Part shown: piece after piece, positions 1-17,869 of the stretch
How positions within the stretch are numbered: position 1 is the stretch's first letter
Layout: every line of letters starts with the position of its first letter
Assembly: GCA_965240325.2 (NCBI GenBank)
Contig: OZ251252.1
Coordinates: 124,001 to 188,000 of the forward strand
Reading direction: 5' to 3'
Source: Rebecca billardiae RCC1528
Lineage: Eukaryota > Protista > Haptophyta
DNA length: 64,000 bases
The notes under the pieces: model-generated
Databases searched by the model: none
What the model saw: only the letters and a program-made list of their open reading frames with translations
Told to the model about the DNA's origin: nothing
Made by a program: the position numbers and the translations under genes

Positions 1-2939
1 GCGCGCATGCTTTCCACTGCCGCATTCACTCATGCAGGCGTTGGCGAGCGCGCGCCGTCGCGTGTGCTGCCTCTCTCCGACGCCGATACGCTGAATGTAA
101 TCATCATGATGCCTGCCGCTAGTTTCTTACCGGTGCCGGCTGCGCGAGCGCATCAACCTCCTCTCGCTGGGCGATGTCCGCGCGCTCTAGCAACAACTCA
201 AGGCACACGAGAACGCCACGGTGCTCAGGATGGACCCAGCTCGGCAAGGATGGCCTGTTGAACAAGAAGGTGGTGCACTACTGGTTTGAATCTCTCGCGT
301 TCCGCCTCGAGTGGCCGCTTCCTTGGCCCTGCCTGTTCTCTGTGCACGGCCGAGGCGCACGCCTGGATAGTGGGGCTGCAGCACGGATGTGCGAAGCAAA
401 GAACGCGCACGGACGTCACGCTCACCGCGGAGCAGGCGCGCGACGCCGAGCCCGCCGGCGCCATCACGGCCGCCAACAGCCGCGCAGGCACATCCGAGGC
501 CAAGGCGCGGCGTGAGGATCTGGCGGCGATCACAGCGGAGCAGCGCGCGGACCGCACTATGGTCAAGGCGGTGAGCACGGCGGGCGTGGCAGCAGAGTCA
601 GAGAGCGCGAAGCTCGCCGCCGAGCAGCTCGCCGAGCCGGAGGCCGCCTCGGTGGCTGGCCGCTGCAGCCGCGGTAATCGTAGACCGGTGGTGGCCTCGC
701 ATGGGCTCATGGGCTGGGGTAGGACGACTGGCGACGCGGCGCCGGTGCCGGCTGAGTCGCCAGTGTTGCGACCGAGCCCGCATATTCATCTCCGGCGCCC
801 GTATTCGAACGTACCCACATATATAGACATTGATTTGAATACATATGGACTCGCATCGACCGTTAGTATGTACGGGTACACACATGCTCATATTTACGGG
901 TATCTATCTGTATTTAAATGGGTAACATGCTCGATCTTGCTGCTGTTTCTCCTGAATTTCTACGCGCCCAGCATGGTGCGCCAAATATTCAGTCGCTGCA
1001 TCATAAATTCATTCGACTGAGTGGCAACGGTTGTCAATAAGTACTACCGACCGCATTCCGTCATCTAGCCGCCATCACGGGTGGGTACCACTTCGCTGAA
1101 TCTCTATGTGACACTAAGTGGCCGGCAGCGCGCCCGCACGACGGCGCGACGGCACGCGGAGTCGGTTTTGAGTGCTTCTGACGGCTGGGCTGGGCTGGGG
1201 GGCATACTAGAGGGCACTTCAACAGGCGACAGCCTCGACAGACACCTACATGGCAGGCCTGTCGAATACCCCCAACCGCTAGGCTGAGGGCCTGGACCCC
1301 CTATTCCAAACCGGCGTTTCCGTCCCGAACTCTAAGCCAGTAAGTTACTTGGGGTACCCCAAGTAATCGGAGTACTTTAATTCTTTCAGGCTCCCGCCAA
1401 GCGCTTTGATTAGGAGTTCCAAGCTGGCTCAAAGCTTTGCCAGCGCTCCACTGCGCGAAGCCAGGGCGAACCGCGAGCCCCGAGCTTTCGGGGGAGCTCG
1501 GAAGGTGGGCGGCTGGCAGGCGCACGGCGGTAAGCCTGCGAGCGAGGGGGGGGCGGCATTGCCCTGCGCGGTGCGCGCTGGTGTAGCTGCCGACGTGCCC
1601 GTGTAGGCGGCCTGCCAGCCTCAGATTGATTGGTTGCGTCCCACTGCGCCGTGCCCCCCGTCACCCAGCGTCGCTTGGGTACAGTCTCGGCCTCTCGCGG
1701 GAAAGCGGCGCCGCCCTGTGGCGGCGGGCCGCAAGATGAGATCGTGGTGCACTGCTGGGCTGACGCGCGGCGCGCTGTGCAGCTTGGCGTGGCTATGTAC
1801 ACATGCAATCGCGATGTGCTGTCCCCCGTAGTCACGACAAGTACGCCACCAGTCCAAGCACGCACGTCCAGGAGGCCGCCTGCGCCATACAGCTTCAGCG
1901 CGGAACCGCCGCACCCGCGACGCGATGGCGACACAGATGGACAATGCCTCAAACGTCTGCATGCTCATGCGACATTGCTGGTTGCAGGATGTGCGCATGG
2001 GATGCGATCGGGGCAGTATTCGCAACCAGCTCACCTATAGCTCCTCGTGAGAGCTCGGCCACGGATGGACTCTTGCGCCATTGTCGGAACGCTTTGAATG
2101 AAAAGCTACGACGGCTCGTGCTGTAGCTCTTGCGCAGACGTGCGAGGCCGCATGGCGCGCAACTGAGTAGGGCTATACACCGTCAGCAGCCCTCGCTCAC
2201 TCCTCGTTGACTGTCCAGTGTCAGTCATTCACACGGCTGCAGCACGATCGGCGGCGCCCGCCCGGTGCTCGCCGATTGGCAGCGTGGGCGCGCGCACTGA
2301 CCAGAGGCGGCAAGGTAGCAGCGGGCGACGCTGGCTACTGTTAGTTCACGTCTCTGATGGCGCTCCAGACCACTCCCCAGCTGCACGGCCGCGCGCGCCC
2401 CGTGCGATGCGACGTTAGCCGTCGCAAGACCGCTCGCCCCGCAATCGCCCACAACCCAACTTTTGGCCGCCTTCGCGGCCGCCTGCCCGTCTTTCGGTGT
2501 TTCCAATTCGCCGCGGGCCCGCGCGATCCCGCCGCCCGCGCAACGAAGTACTTTCATCACTTGTACGGCTTGTACCGCTCGGCTCCCCTTTCTTTGCCGA
2601 AGAACGGGCATCTGCGTGTGTTTTGCACGGCTGTAAGTTCGTTTGTCTATGTGGGTACTCGTTCTTTCGTTTGAGAAATCACGAAAATGTCCGCCCCGCC
2701 CACCCGGCAATCGTCGTGGTGGTCTTGAAACGCCCGCCGCGGGGCCACCTCGGCTGTGGGCAGGTGGTGCACTCGTAGGAGCGCGATGTCGCGCTCCCGC
2801 ACGGCGCCCGTGCTTGCCCCGCACCTCCGAGTGCGCGTGTTGCATCTTTGCGCACCATCCCCGAATCGAGCCGGCACTTCGCGCGCGCACAGTTCAAGAA
2901 GGCGATGCGACCGCCTTGCGACCAAAATCGGCGCACGCT

Positions 2940-5358
2940 ATGCCCTGCTGGCATCTCTCTGACAATCTAGCATTTTGGTCGCAAGGTCGGTCGTCGTTCT
3001 CGCGCAGCTGTGACAAGACTGAGGCTGCCTCAATCATTCACGGCATGAAGCACATGCTCGAGAAGGACCGCTGGTACGCCCTCTGCATCACGGAGGCGGT
3101 GGCTCTTTGGGTCAGAATCCACCTCAGCCACACCCTTGCAGGTGCCTTCGGCGCCTCGGACCCCGCCGTGTTCAACAACGCAGTTCGCGCGGCCGACCTT
3201 CCGTGGCGGCTACAGCTGCGTGCGGGGACTCGGCTGGCGCGTGTCGATTGAGGCCAGGACGACGATTCACACGACCCACTGCACTTGCCTGAGCGTGCAC
3301 GGGCGTAAGCTCTACTGGCTTTGGTTCGGCTGCAGCATCCCGCCCCGCGAGCCAGATGTCGAGGTCGAACGCGCGCAAGCGCGCGCGCGTGCGCGCCGCT
3401 CGCAGCGGCAGCGCAGCGTGCGCTGCGCGCCGATGAGCATCATCGAGTGGCTCGACTCGCTCCCGTCGGAGATCCCGCCAGACCCGCGCCCGTCGGCGCC
3501 ATGGCTATGGCCGCACATGTCCGTGCTCTCCACGCTCGCCGTCGCCGCCCCCGCTGCTGCCCCCGCCTCAGAGCCCGCCGCCGAGCCCGCGCTGCCGCCG
3601 GAGACCATCCTCTGCTTCCGCGTGCTCGGCATCACCAACCCCGTAGGCGCGGCGGATGGCGAGCTGCTGAAGCTGTCGGGCCCGGTCACGGCGCATGTCA
3701 CGAAGCCGCCCGCGGAAATTGGCGCGTCGTACTGGCGCGGGTTGCGCCGCGCGGCCGAGGCGCTCGTCAAGGAGCTCATGAACGTGCTCTTGCCGGGCAG
3801 CCCGACCAGGGCGCACCGCGCCCTCGGGCTGGGCGACTGGGTCGACGCCAACCAGAGCGCGCGTGAGCCCGCGCGGCGGAGAGCGGCTCGGCTGATGGGC
3901 AAGCAGGGCGATGCGTTGACGCGCGTCGCGGGGTTGATCAAGGAGATGCCCAAGCGCAAGGAGGCGCGAGGCGTGATCGTGCAGCTGCTCTCGACCCGTG
4001 CGCCGATCTTCAGCCGCAACGCGCGAGCATTTCGATCTCAGCGTCAGCGTGCGCCTCTGGCGCGAGGCGCGTTGGCACGCGAGGCTCTACGGCGAGGGCG
4101 AGCCCGTACCCGAGGAGCTGCGGCACGGGCGGCTCAAGGTGCACCGCGCACATCGCTCGGTCATCCGCGGCTGCCCTTGCTTCCTCGCGTCGATCTCTCA
4201 GCGCCTCGGCTCGCGCACCAAGGTGAACGAGCTGAGCAGCGGCGAGGAGCTCGAACACGGCGCGAGGCGTCGGCGTGCCAGGCGACCGAGCTGCAGAAGA
4301 CGATCGGCACGGCCGACGCCGCAGCGAGGTTTGTTTCATGGTGACCCGGGCGGGTACTCCCTGCACATCATCGCCGTCGGCGGGCCCATATTTGGCCGGC
4401 TCGAGCTGATATGCTCATCACGACGCTCAAGCAGGCGCCGTCGTACACGGTGGTGCGCCTGCAGCTGATGGTCGACAAAGCACAGGCGAAGGAGGACCAC
4501 ATGGCCGAGTCTGATGACGAGCGGGACGCTGGCGATGACGGCACCGACATCGACGACGATGACGACGACGACGACGGCACTGATGGTGCGCGGGCCCCGC
4601 GCGCGGCGGCGCGCGCGGGCGCGGCAGCGCGCGGGCGCGGCGGTGGCGGCGACAGCGGCGGCGGCGGCGGCGATGGCGGCGGTGGCGGCGACGGCGGCGG
4701 CGGCGGCGGCGGAGTGGCGGCGGCGCGCTCGAGCGGCTCGTTTATCTTCAACCCGCGCATCGTGAGCATCACGCCGCTCGGCGCGCTGCACAAGCTCGTG
4801 AGCGGCGGCAACGTTGGCGTCAGAGCCGAGCTAGCAAACAAACTGAGCGCGCAGTGGCCGACGTCGGCGCGCTCATCGGCGCGAGCGATGCTGCGCTCGT
4901 GGGTGGCTACGAGGTGATCCGCTCTTCCACACAGGGCTCTCTCGCGCGCATGCCCGCGCTCGAGCGCATCAAGGGCTTCGTCCGCGCGCTTGCTGACTTC
5001 ATCCGCAACCCGGCAGCTGCGTCCAGCGATGCACAACCGCACGCCAAGCGGGCACGCACCGAGCGAGGCAGGACGGGTCGGGGTGACGATGGCGCGTCGG
5101 AGAGTGACGAGGAGGAGCTCGATGAGGACGACGAGGACGACGAGGACGACGACAGCGACATTGTCAGTGGCTGCGAGGACGACGAGGGACGAGGACGACG
5201 ACGAGCTGTACCCCGTCGATGACATTGTGAGCAAGGAGACACGCGACGGTGTCGTCGGCTACATTGTGCGCTGGGAGGGAGTGGACGGAGCTGGGCAACC
5301 GTGGCCCGACTCGTGGGAGCCCGCCGACAACGTGTCGGGCGAACTCGCTCGAGTTTGA
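2940..5358 (+). pseudogene. Decayed, frameshifted transposase-like ORF (Sola3-like N-terminal block) ending in an acidic tract and a chromodomain
   Basis: Joining frames gives IVQLLSTRAPIFS..VRLWREARWHARLYGEGEPVP..GRLKVH..FLASISQRLGSRTKVNELSSGEELE (about 3975-4260). This resembles, from memory, the QILS/AR.H...G.G..VP/K.LKLSSG block of Sola3-type transposases. Several frameshifts are present and no DDD catalytic core is visible. Confidence 0.5.
5206..5358 (+). other. Chromodomain-coding segment
   Basis: LYPVDDIVSKETRDGVVGYIVRWEGVDGAGQPWPDSWEPADNV fits the chromodomain consensus Y.V..I......G...YLV.W.G.....TWEP..NL. Confidence 0.8.
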
Positions 5359-5582
5359 GCGGCAGCACGGCGGAGGGGGTGTCGGCGGGGCGCACTGGCG
5401 ATGGCGGCCCTCGTAACGGACTTCCGCGCTGCCCTATTTGGGATCCGACAGGGATCCGATTTGTTACCTATATATATATATACTCGGCTCGTCGCGGCCC
5501 GACGACGATGTAGGCGATACTGGGCGACGGCGTGGCGCCGCTCCGGTAGACGGCTAGCAGGTGCTAGTCAGTAGCAGCAGCG

Positions 5583-11180
<5,598 letters not shown>

Positions 11181-11455
11181 GACTCGATCTGAGTACGGCC
11201 GGTCAACGCACACCGCGCGCGGCGGCCCTCATCCGCGGATCCGCGGACTGTGTCTGTGAAGGCGACCGCCGCGACTGAACAGCATCATCGTCATCAGCAG
11301 CAGTATCGTATAGCATCAGATCGAGTTTATCATCGTCCGTCACTCGACGCCGTCGTATATAAATTCTGCCGGCCGGCGGACGATCTGCTGACGCGGTGGC
11401 CGCGAGACCGTACGTGACCACGCGGCACGCTCGGGCCCTCCGGCATCGCTGGCGG

Positions 11456-13614
11456 TCAAGACGGCGGCGGCGGCAGCGGCGGCAGGCTCGCCAGCGCCGC
11501 ATCCCAGCTCTCAAAACCGTCCGCCCCGCCCCCGCCGCTGGCGGCACCGCCGCCGCCGCTGGCAGGGGCGTCCGCACCGCCGGTGCTACTACTGCCTCCG
11601 CTGCTGCCGCCATCCCCCTCCTCCTCCTCCTCCTCCTCCGCACCGCCGCCGCCCTGCGGGGGAGCGCGGCTGCCACCGCCGCCCTCCTCCCCGTCGTCGC
11701 TGTCGTCGTCGAAGAGCGGCTCGCGCGGCCGGCCCTCGGCGGCAGGCCCGCCCGTTGCGCCCGCCGCCGCACCGCCTCCGCCGCCGCCGCCGCCCCCGCC
11801 GCCGCCCCCGCCGCCCACGCCCAGGCGCAACTCATCCGCCGCGTGCGCGAGCAGCGCGTCGACCTCGGCGCCGTCCACGCCGGGAGGCGGCGCGTCGAGC
11901 GCACGCGCGCCCGGCCGCTGCTCCCCCGCCGCCCCCGGCTGCGGCGGCGGCTGCTCGGCGCCGCCGGCCGCCCCGGCCACCGCCCCGGTCACCGCCGCCG
12001 CCGCGCCGACCCCCTGCTCAGCCGCGCCGCTCGCCGCGCGCCCCTCCTCCCGGCGCGCGGCCGCGGCGCCCGCCGCCCCCTCGCGCGCCTCGCCGTCCGC
12101 GCCGCTGCCGCCCCCCGCGCGCGAGCCGAACGCGGCGGCGATCTCCGTCGCGTACGCCTCGACCAGGTCGGCGGAGGGCTCGCGCGCGCCGTTGAGCGCC
12201 GCGGCGATGGCGCGCGAGGGCGCGCGCGCCGCGGCGTGCGCGCCGCCCGCGGGCAGCGCGCCGCCGCCAGGGCCGTTGCCGCCGCCCTCGCCCCGCCCGA
12301 CGAAGCGGTCGAGGGCGGCGCACACGCGCGGCAGCGAGGGCAGCAGCGCGCTCGCCACGCCCGCCTCGTCGATGGCGGAGAGGTCGAGCGCCGCCTGCTG
12401 CACGTCCGGCGGCAGCGGCAGCGAGCGTGCGCCGCAGGTGGGGGCGGGCGCGGCGCCGGGTCCGACCGGCCCGCCGCGCCGCCACTCGCCGCGCGCCTCC
12501 GCGTGCGACAGGAGCAGCTCGGTCATCTCCGCGGCGAGCGCGCACGCCTCCGTCTGGAAGTCGCCGCGCACCACGTCCGCGGCCGCGGCGCGCGCGCCCT
12601 CCGCGTCCGCGCCGGCCGCGTGCGCCGCCACCGCCTCCCACAGGCGCTGTGTGTGCGTGCGTGCCGCGCGCCGGGGCGGGCCGCGCGCGCCGGAGGGGGC
12701 GGGGCGTCAGCGGGGGGCCGGCGCGGCGCGGTCCGCGCGCTCTGCCCGCCCCGCCTCTCGGACAGGGGTCGGGGGCTAGGGCCGCGGCTAGGCGGCTGTG
12801 CCGCCGTTAGGGCTAGGGTTAGGGTTAGGGTTAGGGTTAGGGTTAGGGTTGGGCGCACCTTTGAGCGCGCGCCCGCGGTGTCGGCCGCGACGGCGCACTG
12901 AGAGGCCAGCGCCCGGAGCAGCGCCTCGAGGTCCTCCTCCGCGTCGAGCGCGGCCGCCTCCTCCTCTGCACGCGCGCGCGCCAGCGCCGCGGCCATCGCC
13001 GCCGCGCGCTCCTCGTCGAGCTCGCCGCCCGCCGCCAACGCCGCCGCGGCCGCCGCCGCCGCCGGCCGCGCGCTCGCGGCCGCCGGCCCCGCCGCGGCGT
13101 CTGCGCACGCGCCGCCGCCGCCGCCGGCCGCGCCGGGCGCGGTCGGCGCGCCCAGCGGGCCGGGCGGGCCCACCGAGCCCATGTGCAGCTCCAGCCGCAT
13201 CGCGCCCGGCGGGATCTCGAGGAAGTGCGCGAGCACGAGCGCGGCGCCGTCGGCCGCGCGCTCGGCCGCGTGCGCGGCGCGCGCGCACGCGTCGATCTGG
13301 CGGCGGAGGTAGGCCTGGAGCTCGGCGACGCGGAGCGCCTCGACCTTGGCGCGCACCGCCGAGGGCAGCTTCGGCGGGAACTTCTTCAGCGTGCACAGCC
13401 GGCCCACCGCCGCCGGGCACGCCGCGTGCAGCCGGACGTGCAGCGCGGTGAAATCTCGGAAGCGATGGTCGGCGAGGAACTCCGAGTTGCCGAGGCGGGA
13501 GACGATGGAGTAGGAGGTGTACCGCTTGCCGCGCTCGTCGAGCAGCTCGACCGCGCGCTCCACCGACACGCGGAGCTCGGCGAGCATCAGCGTGCCCGAC
13601 GGCGCCGCTGCCAT
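11456..13614 (-). CDS. PX (phox) domain protein; join complement(11456..12646,12859..13614)
   Basis: N-terminal KRYTSYSIVSRLG..HRFRDFTALHVRL..FPPK..EALRVAELQAYL..LAHFLEI is a PX signature. A phase-0 intron AAG|GTGCGC..ACAG|CGCCTG restores the frame. Confidence 0.8.
12807..12853 (+). repeat. Interstitial telomere-like (TTAGGG)n, about 7-8 units, in the PX-gene intron
   Basis: ttagggctagggttagggttagggttagggttagggttagggttggg. Confidence 0.9.
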
Positions 13615-14079
13615 CCTCCGCCCCGCGTGTTTGGGCGCCTTCGGGGCGCGGGTGCAGATCTTGCGGTGCTGAGGTGGGCACAGCTTGTAACCTTCCGGCG
13701 CGCCCATCGCCCGCCGCCGCCCGGACTGCATCCGGCATCATCGCTCTCGGTCAGCGAGATGGCGGCCTGCAGGCGGGCGGCTACACCATCCCATAGCAGT
13801 GTGTACACTGCTACTCGCGGGAGCCCCACGCAGACGCCGATCAGCGGACGCGTCTGTCCCGGAGCAGCACTGCAAGCGGTGGGGCGCAGCCTCCGACGGC
13901 CGCCTCGGGCGCCCGCGCGCGTGGCTGCTGAGGCACAGGCCGCCGCTCGACAACGGCGCTCGGGGCCGGACCGTTCGATCAGAGCGCGGTCCGTCCTGCT
14001 CACGCGCGTGTGCGCCGTCCGAAGCGGCGCGCGGACGGGCCGGCGGGCGCCGCACGCCTGCCCCCGCCGCCCCGCCCCG

Positions 14080-16483
14080 TCACCACTGCTCGCCCACCGG
14101 CTGCTCGCCTCGCTTGCGCCCGCGCGTGCCCGCGGCCTTCTCGGGCATGAACCGTGCGGGCGCGAACGGGCGCAGGTCGACGCACCGCGCCTCGCCGTCG
14201 AGGATGAGCTCGCTCATCGCCTTGCCGCTCACCGGCGCCCAGAGGATGCCCCAGCAGTTGTGCCCGCACGACAGATACGCGCCGCGCACGCCGGGCACCG
14301 CGCCCATGATCGGCAGCGCGTCGGGCGGGCACGGGCGCATGCACGCCTGCGTCACGCTCGGCGGCCGGCCGCCCAGCCGGCGGCTCATCTCGGCGAAGGC
14401 GCGCGTCGCCGCCTCCGCGCGCGCCGGGTCGGGCGGGACCTCCCCTGCGAGTCGGCCGGCGCGGCACGGCGCGCGCAGCGGCGCCGCTGCCGTCAGCCGC
14501 CGCCGCCGCCGCCCGCTCCGCGCGCGCCGCGCGCGCTCGGCGCGCGCCGCGCCGAGCGGCGCACCGGGCGGGTACTCGCCAGCGACCAGCCGCTCGCCGT
14601 CCACGTACTCGGAGCCGCCGAGCCCGCAGAGGTACACCTCGCCGCTCGAGCGCGGGTAGCTGCGCATGCCGCCGCAGGTTGGGGTTAGGGTTAGGGTGGT
14701 TGGGATTGCGGGGGCAGGGCGGGGGCGCGGGCCGCCATGCTGGCGCGGACGGGTCAGCCAAGGGCGCTGGGCGCGCGCGCGCGCGGTAGCCCCCCGCCGC
14801 CCCTGCAGCCCGCCTGCCCCGCCTGCACGCGCACTTCGAGGTGGCAGCCATGCTGCGCGTGCCCCCCTGCCCCGCCTGCACGCACACTTCGAGGTGGCAG
14901 CCATGCTGCGCGTGCCCCCCTGCCCCGCCTGCACGCACACTTCGAGGTGGCAGCCATGCTGCGCGTGCCCCCTGCCCCGCCTGCACGCACACTTCGAGGT
15001 GGCAGCCATGCTGCGCGTGCCCCCCTGCCCCGCCTGCACGCTCACTTCGAGGTGGCAGCCATGCTGCGCGTGCCCCCCTGCCCCGCCTGCACGCACACTT
15101 CGAGGTGGCAGCCATGCTGCGCGTGCCCCCTGCCCCGCCTGCACGCACACTTCGAGGTGGCAGCCATGCTGCGCGTGCCCCCTGCCCCGCCTGCACGCAC
15201 ACTTCGAGGTGGCAGCCATGCTGCGCGTGCCCCCTGCCCCGCCTGCACGCACACTTCGAGGTGGCAGCCATGCTGCGCGTGCCCCCCTGCCCCGCCTGCA
15301 CGCACACTTCGAGGTGGCAGCCATGCTGCGCGTGCCCCCTGCCCCGCCTGCACGCACACTTCGAGGTGGCAGCCATGCTGCGCGTGCCCCCCTGCCCCGC
15401 CTGCACGCACACTTCGAGGTGGCAGCCATGCTGCGCGTGCCCCCTGCCCCGCCTGCACGCACACTTCGAGGTGGCAGCCATGCTGCGCGTGCCCCCTGCC
15501 CCGCCTGCACGCACACTTCGAGGTGGCAGCCATGCTGCGCGTGCCCCCCTGCCCCGCCTGCACGCACACTTCGAGGTGGCAGCCATGCTGCGCGTGCCCC
15601 CTGCCCCGCCTGCACGCACACTTCGAGGTGGCAGCCATGCTGCGCGTGCCCCCTGCCCCGCCTGCACGCACACTTCGAGGTGGCAGCCATGCTGCGCGTG
15701 CTCGGCGCAGAAGAGCGCAAACGGCTCGACATCGGCGGCACTGTCCTCGAACACGATCGAGGTGGAGCGGATGCCGGTCATGGGCACGGGCACGCCGAGC
15801 CAGCGCGAGGCGAGCGCGGACCACGGGCCCATGCACACCGCGAGCGCGCGCGCGGGGATCGGCTCGCCGTCGACGACGACCGCGCGCACCGCAGCGTCGC
15901 CGGCGGCGCCGGCGGCGCCTGCTGCGGCCTCGGCGGCCGGCGCGGTCTCGACGCCTTCGACGCGGCCGATGCGGAGCTCGGCGCCCGCGGCGACGGCGGC
16001 CTCGACGAGCTTCGTGCACAGCTCGTGCGGGTTCACCTGCGCCGCGCCGTACTGGTCCAGGTAGTCTGAGTTCTTCACGCCGTCGCCGTCGAGCCACGGG
16101 CAGATGTCGATGGTGCGAGCGGTGCGCTTGCCGGGCTGGACGGAGAGGACGGGGATGCGGCGGTAGGAGGCGACGCCGAGCTGCGCGGCGAGCTCCCCGT
16201 GCAGCGCGTACGACACCTTGTGCAGCTGCTTCGTCGGCCCGCTGCCCCAGTCGCGCGCCAGGAAGCCGCCCCCCTTGCCGCTCGCCGCGCATGCGACGCT
16301 GTGCGCCTCGACGAGTAACGGCTTCTCGCCGCGCTGCGCGAGGTAGTAGGCGAGCGCGGCGCCGTGGAGGCCCGCGCCCGCGATCACGACGGGCGGGCGG
16401 GCGGGCGGCGCCGCCGACGAGGCGGGCGCGGCGTGCATCGCAAGTACGGCGGCACCCAGCGCGGCCGCGGCCAAGCGCGGCAT
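14080..16483 (-). CDS. FAD-dependent oxidoreductase, DAO family (TDA3-like); join complement(14080..14444,14565..14659,15672..16483)
   Basis: VVIAGAGLHG Rossmann motif, ACAASGKGGGFLARDW, EVYPR..GEVYLCG, QACMRPCPPDALPIMG and GHNCWGILWAPVSG. Splicing GAAGT|gt..ag|CTACCCG restores HLEVYPR. The hydrophobic N-terminus may be a signal peptide. Confidence 0.9.
14812..15701. repeat. Tandem array of 17 x 52/53-bp units spanning an exon/intron junction
   Basis: Sense unit GCACGCGCAGCATGGCTGCCACCTCGAAGT|GTGCGTGCAGGCGGGGCAGGGG(G). Units are near-identical and differ mainly in G-run length. Confidence 0.95.
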
Positions 16484-16845
16484 GGCGCAGATGGAATCTC
16501 CCGCCCGCTCCGGGCTGGCCGATCCGGACAAGGGAACTCCGGTGTCCGGAGCCCCGGCGCCGGAGTGCCGGAACCAGTGCCGACTGCCGCGGCGAGCTGT
16601 CCGGGGTCAGTCAAGCCAGCGCCAAAGTGTCGTCAAGACATGACGTCAATCACGTCATCTGTCACGGCAGCAGCCTGCCCAGGTCAGTCAGGTCCGTGCG
16701 CGTGCCAGCCGGCCAGCAGCCGCCCCCTCCAGCCGGGCGGCCGCCCGCCCGCCTCGAGCTGCCGGCGAGAGCGCGACCGCTCGCTGCCTCGCGCACGCTC
16801 GCAGGCTCGGCCTTCGACGGCCCCGCAAGGGCTGCGGCAGCGGCC

Positions 16846-17184
16846 ATGTGGCGGCTGGCGCACGCGCGCTCTGGCGTGCGCCCGCGGCTGCCCGCGCCCC
16901 CGCGCGGCTGGCACGCGGCGCAGCGGCACGCCTCCTTCACCGTCGACACGCCGCTCCTCTCCGACTCCGTCCCGCTCCCGGACGGCGTCCTCGGCACGAT
17001 CGAGGAGGTGCGCGTCGGCCCGGGCGACTCGATCGGCGAGAACGACGTCGTGGCGGTTGTGGACACGCACAAGGCGGCGCTCGAGGTGAGATCACCGGCT
17101 GCGGGGAAGGTGGTCACCATCCTCGTCAAGGTCGGCGACGAGATACAGGAGAAGACGCCCATCGCCGAGTGCGAGAGCGACTGA
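16846..17184 (+). CDS. Stand-alone lipoyl/biotinyl-attachment domain protein with a mitochondrial-type presequence (112 aa)
   Basis: P.LSDSV..GTIEEVRVGPGDSIGENDVVAVVDTHKAALEVRSPAAGKVVTILVKVGDEI has the E2 lipoyl-domain pattern. The N-terminus is Arg-rich and lacks acidic residues. Confidence 0.8.
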   Translation: MWRLAHARSGVRPRLPAPPRGWHAAQRHASFTVDTPLLSDSVPLPDGVLGTIEEVRVGPGDSIGENDVVAVVDTHKAALEVRSPAAGKVVTILVKVGDEIQEKTPIAECESD

Positions 17185-17869
17185 CGCTGCTGCGTAACGC
17201 GCCGCGGCGGGCGCGCGCCGCGTGCCCACCGACTCGCCGCGGCGCACGGCGTGGGCGGGCCTGTACACTACCTCCGTTTCGACCCGCGCGCCGATCTGGC
17301 CCGCCCCAGAACGCCCGCGGCGCGTGCTCGCGGCCGCCGCCCGCGTGCGGCCGTGCGGCGCGCGGCGGGTGCGGAGGTGCGCGGCCAGGCGGCAGCGCGG
17401 TGCTCGCCCTGCCGCCTGCGCCCCGCCCGCCTCCGTTCGCCGCGTGGCCGTGCGTGGGCGCACCGCACGCGTTGTACCTTTGGGATCTTTGGGCGGGCGC
17501 TGGGCCCCGCCGCGCCGCTCGGCCGCTGCGCGCGCACTCTGCGCCGGCGCCGGTGCCGCAGGTGCCACGGTTGGCGTGACGACTCACTGACGAGCGGCCG
17601 CCGATCATCACTGATGGCATCTATGCGCCATGTGACGAGGCTCGGGGTGCCGACGCGCGCGCCGGGCGTCTGGCCGGCCTTATCGTCGAATAACGATCAT
17701 ATAGTCGAAGGTGCTGGCCCAGTGTCCGCATTGTCCAACGGTACGGCTATGATTGTGCTGACTATTCTGACTCTGAGTCGGTGGAGCGGACGACCAGAAA
17801 AATTAAAACGCCGAAAATCACAAGAGCGCTCGCAGCTTGCTCGCCAGCTCCCGTCCCACACCGTACAAG

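Noticed and set aside
174-700. Protein-like fragments (KDGLLNKKVVHYWFESLAF..)
   Set aside because: Probably a decayed gene or transposon piece, but no family was recognisable.
921-5468. Possible TIR pair GGTAACA.. / ..TGTTACC bounding the transposase relic
   Set aside because: The match is only about 7 bp and there is no matching TSD.
12807-12853. True chromosome end
   Set aside because: The tract is short, degenerate and internal to an intron.
14812-15701. CRISPR-like array
   Set aside because: The units are contiguous near-identical repeats with no unique spacers, there are no cas genes, and the context is a eukaryotic intron.
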